Source: Flaccisagitta enflata (lineage: Eukaryota). From it: 64,000 nt of DNA. This document shows positions 40,839-51,397 of this stretch, one piece after another (within the stretch, counting starts at the first letter, position 1; each line of letters begins with the position of its first letter). A program made the translations under genes and the position numbers. Below the pieces are notes generated by a model, which saw only the letters and a list, made by a program, of their open reading frames with translations, was not told the DNA's origin and searched no databases. Location of the stretch: the NCBI GenBank assembly GCA_965153355.1, contig OZ231126.1:1488001-1552000 (forward strand), in the 5' to 3' direction.

Positions 40839-43811
40839 TTACTGCGAGTATGATAGCCTGTGTAAAGAACATAGTTTGTGTGTTAATGGCCTCGGCAGTG
40901 TCTTCGTCATGCCGTCTGGTGAGTAGGTGCATATAATGCACTTAGTGTTGTTTAGTCTATCGTCAAGTCCTGATAGGCTGGTAAGTTTTTCAAAGGGGCT
41001 CGTGAACTTTCCCCTCTTGCTGATGACACAGCGACTTTGAAATTTTGCCATGTTTGGGTTGTTGCTATTGATCGCGCAGAATCTGTTAATTGCTCTACTC
41101 CTTATGGTCTCCTTGAAGGTGGGGGTGTTTATGATGTTAAACACAGCGTGGTCCGGTGTGCGCCTGGGGACGTTTAAGATGCCTTTTAGCGCACGCATTT
41201 GGCATTGGTGTATTTTGTTCCAGTGGCAGGCTGCAGCGTTGATCCATGCAACCGAGCTATAATCGAACAACGAGATGATCAGCGAGTTAACGAGTTGTAG
41301 CACTAAACCGTTGTCTCTGCCATAGAGACTTTCCGCGAATCTCCTTATTTGGATGCTCCGGGGTGTTGCTTTTTGGATGAGTTTGTTGATGTGTTTGGCC
41401 CACGTTAGGCCTTGGTCAAATGTTACGCCGAGAAAACACACTTCTTTCACAGTTTTTAAACGCTGCCCAAATAGTTGTAACGTCGTTTCATGATTCCTGT
41501 TGAGTTTGGAGTCACTAAAGATCATCACTTCGGTTTTTATTGGGCTTGGAAGCATCCTCCACGTACTTCCCCAGACCTGTAGGGCGTCGAGATATTTCTG
41601 AATTTCGACCTTGGCGATTCGTAGGCCAGTTCTTGCTTTCACAAACGCTCTCCATTCAGCATTGTCGTCGGCGTATCCTGAGCCATCGCTTCTTGTGCAG
41701 ATTATGTCCATGGTGTCAGATCCGGGTACGTCGCCGATGTAGTAAGTGAAGATTGGGGGACTAGAGGTTCCTCCTTGCGGTGCTGATGCTCCCAGGTTTC
41801 GGATTGATGAAAGGACGTCTCCGTCTTTTATCTGGAATTGTCGATTTAGCAAGAAACTGGCTATGATTTTTATAAGTGGGTAGGGAGCTTTGTCGCACAG
41901 GAGTTTGTAGATGACACCATTGTGCCATAACTTATCGAAAGCTTTTTCGAGGTCGATGAATACACCGATGACGTGTTGACCGTTTTTGAAGGCGTTGGAG
42001 ATGTTGTCAGCTAGTTTGATGACTGATTCTTGAGCACTGCGTCCTTTGGCGAAGCCACACTGTCTTGGTCTGCGTTTGTTGTTTTCGTCAAGAAATTTGT
42101 TGAATGATTTCAAGTAGATTTTTTCAAGAATTTTTCCCATTGTAGCGCACAGGGAGATCGGACGATAGTTGCCGCTTTTAGTTGCATCTTTCCCTGGTTT
42201 GGGGATCATCGTTACCCAGCTTAGTTTCCAGGCTTTGGGGAAGTATGAGGTGGCGACACAAGCGTTGAAGATTATCACAAGGCGTTTTATCGCAAGAGTG
42301 GTGAAGCGTTTTAGCAGGTAGTGGTCAATGCCGTCCGGACCCGCTGCGCCATTCGGTTTAATAGCTTTAATCAAGTTGGTTGTTTCTTCTTCTGTTGTCA
42401 TCATGAATGTACGTTCGTCGTTGAAGTCAATATTGTCGATGTTGTCGCAAACAGTTGGTTCACTAATGCCACTGTGATCCTCGTTAATCTGATCGTCCAC
42501 AGCTGTTGTGAAGTTTGAGTCGATTCGCGGGTCGTTATCAAGGCTGCAGGTATGCTCTAGTCGCGTCGCGTGGGTTTCTACGTTGTCCTGTTTACTTTGG
42601 CACTTACTTCCGTTGTCTCTTGTTAGGGCTTTGAACGAGGAGGTTTTGTTGTTACGGTTCATGATGGCGTTCATTTTTTTCCATCTTTTTTTTGGGCAGT
42701 TTTCCTTGAGCACTTCGGATCCTTTATGTATCAGATGTAGTTCTTCGTCTCGTTTTATATGGCGTTTAATTTCACGTTCAAGGAAGTTTGATCTTTGGCG
42801 TTCGGTTGATGAGAAGTTGGCACGATTACGGGTGCGTTTCCTTATAAGTTGGCGTCGCTCCGTTATTAGGGCGTTGGTGCTGGCGCTAAGTACGACACCG
42901 TTATTTGTTCTTAACCTTTTTGTGTGTGTTGCCGCGTTTTTGCCGTCCATGATGCATTTGGTGAAGTTCACGATTTCTTTGTCGATTAGTTTTGCGTCGA
43001 ATCGCCGATTGAGGTCGATTTTCGATGGATTTTCGTTGAGATTTTTGTCAATTTCTATGTGGAGTATGTCGTCGTTCACAATGCTTATAAACGTGGGCTC
43101 GTTTCGCTGGCGCATTCTCAGGTTTATCGTTATTGGAAGGTGGTCGCTGCCAATTGGATCGTCAACACTGTAGTTAATTAGGATTTCGTTTGCTTTCTTA
43201 TTGAGGAATATCATGTCGAGCACATTGTCGTCGCCACGTTTGTTGTTGATGTATGTTGGTATTTTATTTTTGACGTACGATAAGCCGTTAGATTCCGTGA
43301 GGATGCGAAGTGCTTCACCGCTAGTCGTGTCACAATTGCTTCCGAAAGATTTGAGGCTGGAGTTGAAGTCACCAAGGAGTATCGCTGGTATGTTGTTTCC
43401 TGCTGTATTTGTAAGGTTGTTGATGAGTGTGGCGTCAATCAGATCCCCAGGGTGCACATAGTGAGTCCCTACTATGAGACTCTTGTTGTTTATTTGTATT
43501 TTACAGATCATCGATTCCTTTTCTGGCGTGTCGATTATCGTCACAAAGTATTTTTTAGGAATTGCCATTGCTACTCCACCGGCGTACCTTTCTCGGTCTG
43601 GATTGTTTCTGATCATTATGTTGTGATTTTTAAGCGTGATTTTGTCGTCTTCTGCGTGTAAACGGCAGTCATTTAGAACAAATATATCTTGGGAGCTTGT
43701 TTTGCTATTAATTCTATTTACAAGTTCAAGCAATCTAAGTGGGTTACCGTTTGTATTAATGGCGGTGCATCTGATTGAACCGTCCACTGGTCTTCCGTCT
43801 GAATTATCCAT
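40839..43811 (-). CDS. ORF2: apurinic-like endonuclease plus reverse transcriptase (about 990 aa from the first ATG)
   Basis: APE motifs INTNG, GGVA, GDFN, PTY, LD, SDHLPI. RT motifs GPDGI, IPKPGK, YRPISL, QCGF, DLEKAFD, PQG, YADD, FLGV. C-terminal CxxC..H..C. No internal stops. Confidence 0.95.
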   Translation of the reverse strand: MDNSDGRPVDGSIRCTAINTNGNPLRLLELVNRINSKTSSQDIFVLNDCRLHAEDDKITLKNHNIMIRNNPDRERYAGGVAMAIPKKYFVTIIDTPEKESMICKIQINNKSLIVGTHYVHPGDLIDATLINNLTNTAGNNIPAILLGDFNSSLKSFGSNCDTTSGEALRILTESNGLSYVKNKIPTYINNKRGDDNVLDMIFLNKKANEILINYSVDDPIGSDHLPITINLRMRQRNEPTFISIVNDDILHIEIDKNLNENPSKIDLNRRFDAKLIDKEIVNFTKCIMDGKNAATHTKRLRTNNGVVLSASTNALITERRQLIRKRTRNRANFSSTERQRSNFLEREIKRHIKRDEELHLIHKGSEVLKENCPKKRWKKMNAIMNRNNKTSSFKALTRDNGSKCQSKQDNVETHATRLEHTCSLDNDPRIDSNFTTAVDDQINEDHSGISEPTVCDNIDNIDFNDERTFMMTTEEETTNLIKAIKPNGAAGPDGIDHYLLKRFTTLAIKRLVIIFNACVATSYFPKAWKLSWVTMIPKPGKDATKSGNYRPISLCATMGKILEKIYLKSFNKFLDENNKRRPRQCGFAKGRSAQESVIKLADNISNAFKNGQHVIGVFIDLEKAFDKLWHNGVIYKLLCDKAPYPLIKIIASFLLNRQFQIKDGDVLSSIRNLGASAPQGGTSSPPIFTYYIGDVPGSDTMDIICTRSDGSGYADDNAEWRAFVKARTGLRIAKVEIQKYLDALQVWGSTWRMLPSPIKTEVMIFSDSKLNRNHETTLQLFGQRLKTVKEVCFLGVTFDQGLTWAKHINKLIQKATPRSIQIRRFAESLYGRDNGLVLQLVNSLIISLFDYSSVAWINAAACHWNKIHQCQMRALKGILNVPRRTPDHAVFNIINTPTFKETIRSRAINRFCAINSNNPNMAKFQSRCVISKRGKFTSPFEKLTSLSGLDDRLNNTKCIICTYSPDGMTKTLPRPLTHKLCSLHRLSYSQ

Positions 43812-44125
43812 TGTCGCTTGATGTCCCGGCTGCGCTCCACACTCGTTAGGGAAAGGACTGCCTCTGCCAAATGACCTGGCCGTCTTGGCAGAAGAGGCTC
43901 TGGGTTCCACGACTCTGGAAGATCTAGAATGGTATTTCTTTGGATCACAATATGGTTGTTCGTGAATGCAACACGGGCGTTTGTTAGATCTATGGACCCC
44001 AATCCCACTTCCTGACCTGAAGTTGCCTGCAGGTTCTTTAGGAGAACTGGGTGCGGGAGTGGGAGGGGGGGCATCGACATGCTGCTCCCGGAAGCCCTCA
44101 AGTGATCTGTCCCGGTATCTGAAGT

Positions 44126-47100
44126 CTAGGGACGCGAATCTGGGACTTCCTGACCTTGGCGCTCGGATCCTGTCGGATTTTTATGTTTACCGTTTTTAAA
44201 TTTGCTGTCGTTAGTTTTGTCATTATCTCGTGTGGGATCTGCCGACCTGCTACGGGATCCATGCTCTGATGACTCAGCCTCCGAGTCTTCACTTTCGCTT
44301 GAGCCCGAGGAAGATCCGTCTCCTTCTTCCTCATGCGTGTTTGCGACCATCTCTTCTTCTTCGTCACTGTCATCGGCGTCGTCCCACGCTCCCATGATTT
44401 GTCCTGCATGTTTTGGAGCAGTGATCTTTACAAAGTTTGAAAAGAACCCTTTGAGATTTTTTGACTGGTTGTCTAGTTTTTTTCCAATCTTTCTTGTGCG
44501 TTTTTTCTGCTTTTTCCTATCGTCCTCTTGTCTGTTACATAGGTACTGTTGTCCTAGGACTAGATCGTTGACAGTCTTTTCAAGTGTCGCGATACGAGCG
44601 TCCATTTGGTCCTTATTCTCCCATGTGTCCGAGGGTGTGTTAGATGCTGCTCTCTGAGAGTTCTGAGAACCACCTGGGTTTGGCCAGCCATTACTACCAT
44701 TTCTCGGATAGCTTATGTCTTCCTGTGCTGTGTAATTGACCCTGTCTGCCCATGACGTTGTAGTTGGATTGCTCCTGTTTACCTCCAGGGCGGTGTTAGG
44801 TCTTGTGGCGTCATCATTACCTTGTGTGCCATTACTGGTGTTGGTGTTGTTATTGTTGTTACTGTTTTGCCTACCATGCCGTAGATCTCTCTTCTTCTGG
44901 ACGATGTCTCTATAATTGATGCTTCTCGGGCAGTCCCTCGAGTTGCTCCGATGGTCCCCCGCACAATTGGCGCATTTGACATCGAATGGGCAGTTGTTGC
45001 TTTCCCAGTCGTTAGGGATGTTAGATGCGCCTTCCGGATATTTCTCGTGGTGCCCTGTTTGACCGCACTTCCGACAACGACGTTCATAGACGCAGGCCGC
45101 TCCATGATGACCCCACCGAAGGCAGTCTCGACACTGGCCGGTTCTAGTGTCTCTGAAGATGTCGCAGTTGAATTTTTTGAATCCGATCTCGATGGTTCCT
45201 TCTTCTACGTCGCCGCCTGGGTTAATGAGCTTTCTGACATTCTCCTTGCTCGTCATTATGACCGTCTGTTCTCGCGTGTTTCTGTTCGCAGCGCCCGGGT
45301 TTGAGACCCTTGTGATCGTGGTTACCGAGGTGACTTCGATTCCCAAATCTTCCAAGAATTGCTTGACGTACTCGTCAGACATGCTCGTGGGGATGCGGAA
45401 GAGGATTGCCTGGTGCGTCGGCGTCCTTGGGGCATCAAGCTCTGCGGTGACGGGTCCCGGTTGGAATGTGCGCCAGGAGTTTTGGTCTAAGGCGATGCTT
45501 TTGGTTCTGTCGTCGCCTACATTGATGATGACTGAACCTTTGTTCCTTCCATCCATGTAGCAGTCTGTTATGGTGACTGCTGACTTGTTGGCTCGGAGAT
45601 GTTGAAGGAGGCGGGCGCCGATACGATGCCTATCCGCCTGTCCATTAGACATTATGTCTGGAAGCGTGATGAGTGCCGGGCAATGGATTCGCACGCGTCT
45701 GTACGACTTAGTTTTTGGGTCGATCAGATCGTTGCCCTCTGATCCTCCCGGGATTCCCCCAATAGCTCCTGCGGCGACGGGAGCGGAAGCAGATGATGCG
45801 TCGTCGGGCTGCAGCTGAGGTGGCGCTGCGGCGGCGGCGGCAGCGGCGGCGGGGGCTCCTGCGAAGGCGGGAGCGGAAGATATGTCGACGGGCTGTTGTT
45901 GAGACGGCGCTGCCACGGCGGCGGCGGCTATAGGGGGAGTCGAGGGTGACGACGAGGCGCGTAGAAGTGGCGGCGGTGGCGGCGCTTCACCGGGAGTGTT
46001 GGCGGCGTGCGAGCGATTAGAGCTGTAGTTGGCCGATGTAGCCCCCAGGTCGCTTGGAGGGGAAGAGTGACTTATGTCCATAGCGTCAGCTTTGGCGTCT
46101 TTTTCATCAATGCGGCGTCTAGCTTCATCCGCGTAATCTTCTTCGCTGGCTTCGCCTTCAAGACCCCCTTCCATGTCCTTACGCTCGCTCGTCCCCGGCG
46201 GCACAACGATTCCTTTGTCGGTTTTAGCCTTCTTTTTCTTTTTCTTCTTTTTGTCTTTGTCCGTGTCAGTTGGCGGTTTCGAGTTTCCTAAGTCGTCTTA
46301 TCGGTCGTCATTACTATCGATGGCCATTGTCGTCGTCGATATTTGGTCGGGTAATTGGCGCACTGGGTGGCTAACGGGCGTCGCTTTGCTTACCGCTGTA
46401 CCTGTTGTCGTTAGCGGTGTCGAAGTTGGGGTCGATGCACTCGTTGACGAAGAGATCGGCGCGGACGCAGATGGCTTTGGCGTCGGAAGGGCGTTCGCGA
46501 GCCGTGGACTTGCTGCGGGCGGAGACTTGTTGACCAGCGTATCGCCGATGAAAGCGAAGACCCCTTGGTCTCTTTGGTCTTCTTCAATGTTAGCGATCAA
46601 AGGGGCCACGTGACCTGGTGACGCTTGAGACGATTTCGGTCTTTTTTGTTGGTCTGTTGGCGAGTTATCGCTCAGCGCGCGCTTCTGCTTCCGGTCGAGA
46701 CTTTGGCTACGCTCTTCTGTTTCTTTGTCACTGTTAGTATCTGAAATGGGAAAGGAGAGAACCGGGGGGATTGTTAGAGGGGTTGCAGAGGTAAGTGTAT
46801 GGGTGCTGGTTTCAGCACCGACGGATGGACACTTTGTTAATCTCCTTGAGGCGACAACTGCTTTATTTTTCCATGTTTGCAATCGGTGGCTGCCAGCTTT
46901 ATTTGCTGGTTTTGCGTTGTTTCCATGCAAAATTTCGTTCACTGCGCTGGAGGTAGCTTCCGACGTTTTGCTTTTTAGTTTCGATACGTTCGAGTCGAAA
47001 GAATCGGTTTTTTTTGAATTTGCCGCCAAATTATCATGGCTGCCTCCTTCGTCTAGGGAGAGATTGAGAGGGTTAAGTGTACGCTGACGCCCGGCTTCAA

Positions 47101-47338
47101 TTTCCGCGCGAGTGGTTGCTCGTCTACTGTTCGGCGTGCCGATACCGGCTATCGAGCCCGGTGGCCTGCCCCTTGGCAGCCCCTTTGGGCTATTTTCGAC
47201 GATTTTTGACGCGTTGAGTCTTGATCGTGTTCTAACCCCACTCGTATCGGGGGTTGCGGGGCTAGCAACAAGTGTTTGGTCAACAACGCTGCCATTTTTC
47301 GACGCCGTGTTTTTATACTGCGTTTTATTATTTCTCAT
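44126..47338 (-). CDS. ORF1 (gag-like, three CCHC knuckles), about 1,070 codons with one in-frame TAA at 46298-46300
   Basis: Track ORFs 46298-47497 and 44126-46204 share a frame and are joined by 31 sense codons after the TAA. Knuckles are CRDCLRWGHHGAAC, CRKCGQTGH-X19-C and CANCAGDHRSNSRDC. First ATG at 47338. Confidence 0.85.
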
Positions 47339-47674
47339 CGCCGAACTGTTTTTCTGTGCTTCGACATCGCCTTTGTTGCACTTGGAGCCGCTTTTCCCGG
47401 GCTCCGGTCGTTGTCCGTTCTGGCCGTTTTTCGTCAGTTTGGTTGGAGTTTCATTGCTTCGCAAGTGTTTAGGTTTGACACAGTGTTCGTAGCGCAATTC
47501 ACGGGGAGAAGCTAATTTTTAGATCTGAGTCTTAATGATAGTTTTTGAATTGGTATAGATATTACTAAGGCGTTCTGTGTTCGATTTCGACGTCGGTCGA
47601 AACAGGTCTTGACTTGCCAAATCCGTCAAAGGCGATCCCGGAACACCAAACTTTAAACAAGTGAAGTAGTAGAA

Positions 47675-48500
47675 AAAATGACCATAATGACAAAAATGAC
47701 CAAAGATGACCAAAATGACAAAATGACCAGCTACCAAACCAAGTAAAATGACCAAAGTGACCAAAAAATGACCAAAAATGATCAAAAATGATCAAAATTG
47801 ACCAAAAATGACCAAAATTGACCAAAATTGACCAAAATTGACCAAAATTGACCAAAAATGACCAAAATGACCGAAATGACCAAAATGACCAAAATGAACA
47901 AAATGACCGAAATGACAAAAATGATCAAAAATGTCCAAAATGACCAAAATGACCAAAATGACCAAAATGACCAAAAATGACCAAAAATGACCAAATATGA
48001 TCAAAAATGACCAAAAATGACCAAAAATGACCAAAAATGACCAAAAATGACCAAAATGACCAAAAATGACCAAAAATGACCAAAAATGACCAAAATGACC
48101 AAAATGACCAGAATGACCAGAATGACCAAAATGACCAAAATGACCAAAATGACCATAATGACCATAATGACCAAAAATGACCAAAAATGACCAAAATGAC
48201 CAAAATGACCAAAATGACCAAAATGACCAAAAATGATCAAAAAGGCCAAAATGACCAAAATGACCAAAATGACCAAAATGACCAAAATGACCAAAATGAC
48301 CAAAATGACCAAAATGACCAAAAATGACCAAAAATGACCAAAAATGATCAAAAATGACCAAAATTGATCAAAATTGATCAAAAATGACCAAAAATGACCA
48401 AAATTGACCAAAATTGACCAAAATTGACCAAAATGACCAAAGTGACCAAAATAACCAAAATGACCAAAAATGACCAAAAATGACCAAAACTGACCAAAAT
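47675..48500. repeat. 9-10-bp minisatellite (AAAATGACC/AAAAATGACC)n
   Basis: Read directly; related to the internal tracts at 53420-53770 and 60820-60900. Confidence 0.95.
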
Positions 48501-48584
48501 GTGACTAAAGCAACCAATAATTCCCAAAAACAACAAATGACTCAAAATAACTCTGAGACGACTTAAAACAAAAAAGCAGTGTTA

Positions 48585-48663
48585 CCACGACCCGACCGAC
48601 CGACGGACCGACGGACCGACGGACGGAGCGGGTTGTAGAGTCGCGTGCACGCGACTAAAAAAA
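48585..48663 (-). mobile_element. 5' end of a family A DINE-1/Helentron-like element (3' end not found)
   Basis: On the - strand: TTTTAGTCGCGTGCACGCGACTCTACAACCCGCTCCGTCCGTCGG, followed by the GGTCATTTT minisatellite as in the complete copy at 53264. Confidence 0.8.
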
Positions 48664-49204
48664 GGGTGCAGCTTTTTTTTTAGGCCAGTAGTAAGTGGTC
48701 AGTGGTACACGTGCCCTGCTTAAGTAGCTTGTAATTTAGGTTGAGGGGGAGCAGGGCAGCGGTCCCAAAGGGGACAAAGTCCTGTAGAACACAGGGGGAA
48801 TGTGTTTGTCCTTCCGTCCGTCTGCCCCCCCCCCCCACCCCATCCTCAGGGCTTTTTCTCCCTTGGGGCTTATTCCAAGCCACTGTCCTCTCAGCGTGAA
48901 TTCAGGTGAAAAGTCATGGTACAATGAGTTTTTTTGTAGTTTGTGATAGTTTGAGGGTTACTTTGACGAAAACTAACAGTTATGAAATCTTTACAAGGGC
49001 GCTTACTGAGAAATATGAAAAAAAGAGTAATTTTAGCTTCATTTAGAATTGGGAATTCTACAACTCATCCAGACCACTTTTTTGAAAGCAAATTTGTTAT
49101 CTTGATGTTATTTCCTTTTGTTTGATAGGTCGAACTTTTCTTTTTTAGGAGAAAAAGAAATTTCAATTTCTAAGCAACTATTATAATTTTGCAATGGTCA
49201 CTAA

Positions 49205-49374
49205 AACAAGGCGGGATACACGGCAATCCAGTCGCGGACGGTTGGGCAGGAGCAGTAATGCAAAAACCGCTCGGATTTTAAAAATGTGATGGACCTACCA
49301 ACCAATCTGCCGACCAACCTACCGACCTACCGACCGACACGGCAAGGTGTAGAGTCGCGTGTCCACGACTAAAA
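49205..49374 (-). mobile_element. DINE-1/Helentron-like element, family A
   Basis: Both termini and the GTCG/GTAG tract are present. Confidence 0.75.
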
Positions 49375-51397
49375 GTTGAAAATTGTAATCCTTTAAATTT
49401 GTCAAAAAGGGCCCTTAAATTAATCAATTTGAATCAGTTTAAAGTGAATGTCACAGGGTGTAAACATAATTCAGCCTTGAGCTACATATACCAATACAAA
49501 TATTTAACACTATCTTTTTAGTCACTAACTCTATAGTCTAACTTTCTGCATTCTTTTTATCCCGCTTCTGCCCAAGGCATTTTCCATCCATTGGCTGTAT
49601 GGTCCCTTGGTCGGTTGGTCTATGGTTTCCCAATGTACATTTTCAGGGCGAATTTCAAGTGATGACAACAAACATGTTCATTTCTGTCAAGCGCATCCAC
49701 ATATATTTCTGAATTTCAACCGTCCAATGAGGAGGTGAGTGAAGTTAGAGGAGCAAGTAAGTGGAGTGAGTGGTGTGAGCAAACTTAAGAAGCGAGGGAC
49801 CAAGTGGCCTGTTGAAAACGAGATTGTCTGTGTCTGTGAACATTACAGCTCTTCTCCCTTCCCACCATTTTCTATACGAATCTTAGCCCGGGTCACCTGT
49901 TTCAGATCATCAATGTCAGTGCATCAACTTCTGAGAATCAACCATATCCAATTTCCCAATAGTTTTTCTTTTTTTTTTGAAAACAAGGAGGTTGCATAAA
50001 GTTAGAAACTATGAATTACATAGTCAGTTTTTAATGCAATATTCTTTTTGTATGTTCCTCCAGCACGATCTCGCCATAAAAAATCTGAACAATAATTGGG
50101 TTCGTGACAAATCGATTGAAGATTGCTTTAATCAAATGATTAATATAACTAAAACATTGCTATGAGTAAAACATTGCTTTGGCCAATTTGTTGATATAAC
50201 CAGAACATCACTAGGACCAAAACATTGCTATGACCAAAATGTTGATATAACCAAAACATCGCTATGACCAAAACATTGCTATGGCTAAAATGTTGATAAC
50301 CATGGCCAAAAAAAATGTTACATGGCTTATTTCTACCATAACTTGGTGCTGCTTTTGAGAAAGTATACAATATCTATAATCATTCTAAAGAGCTTTGAAA
50401 AATCTTTTATCTGAGTCGTTGAACAAAATTCTTACATGAAAACTCTAAAGAGGTTATGTTGATTTAAAAAATTTGAGTCGCATGCATGTGAATAAAATCA
50501 TGGTTTCCTTCCAAACACTTAGACATGCAAAATGATTGAAACCTTTGGGGAAGGGCATGTACTATCTTGCTCATGATTATACGGACACCTACTCATGATC
50601 ATAACAATTTTTCTTTAATATCCAATATAAAAAAGATAGCAGATCCATAAAATATAACAAAAAATCTTCTATTCAAGACCAAGCAGAGCTTAGTAGCTCA
50701 ATCCGTTTTCAAATGACAGCATTTTGAAGAAAAACTGTCATTCTACCAACATCGAATTCAGAGGTTTTAAGTTCATATCTACAAAGGACAACCTATAAAG
50801 AAAGATCTCTTAAATCCAAATGGATTGGCAAAAATCATTCTGCTTGATCTCATTAGATCACATTTTCACTAATTTTTTTGAACGTTGAAAAAATTGAAGG
50901 CTGTAGTTTAACTTATGGCTCTAGAATTATCTTATATCAAAGGAAAAAAAATCAATGGTTTTTGATGTTTTTTGAAAAAAATCAATGATACACTGATTTA
51001 AGTTAAAAAATCATTGACCAATCAGATAGAAACTTGAAACAAAAGCAGTTGACAGATCAAATTATAATGTAATGACTAAAAATTGATTCATTTGAATATA
51101 TTTTTTATTCAGTGGGTCAATATGCTTATTTTCATCCAGCTGTCCATAAATTAATGAGCTAGATGGTATGTTTAACATTAATGTCCATTAACATCCCCCT
51201 GAGAAGAATGGGATTCCCGAACCGTTTTTGCGCAAGGATTTCAATGTTTTTGCCAACGTTTTGCCTCCAATCTGAGTCCCAAATTTCAGGACTTTAATCA
51301 ATCACTTGTAAGGCTTACGGCTCAACCAAGAGGTAGTAATTGATACTCTTTTTTACAGATTTACTTTTTGGTCTCATTTAGGGCCCTTATACAGAGG

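Larger units (their letters stand above)
39397..47672 (-). mobile_element. Near full-length APE-RT non-LTR retrotransposon (Jockey/I-group-like, no RNase H seen) with an extra ORF3
   Basis: CCHC gag-like ORF1 and APE+RT ORF2 on an A-rich sense strand. Candidate tail AATAAA-ATCAATCAATC at 39413-39397. Both boundaries are approximate (the A-bias continues to about 39160) and no TSD was found. Confidence 0.9.

Noticed and set aside
42508-43173. 221-aa + strand ORF antisense to ORF2 (and similar ones over ORF1)
   Set aside because: Expected shadow ORFs of a long coding strand; no independent motif.
44126-46300. TAA/TAG reassigned to Gln (ciliate-type code) to explain the in-frame stops
   Set aside because: ORF2 (about 1,000 codons) and the host exons contain no internal TAR codons and use CAA/CAG for Gln.
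39397-47672. LTR retrotransposon or retrovirus with env as the third ORF
   Set aside because: No LTRs, protease, integrase or RNase H were seen, APE+RT is non-LTR, and ORF3 from 40614 has no transmembrane segment.
47675-48500. (TTTTGGTCA)n as a telomere, with a telomeric retrotransposon
   Set aside because: It is interstitial, variable in unit length, and matches the internal minisatellite of the DINE-1-like family. No tandem LINE array is present.
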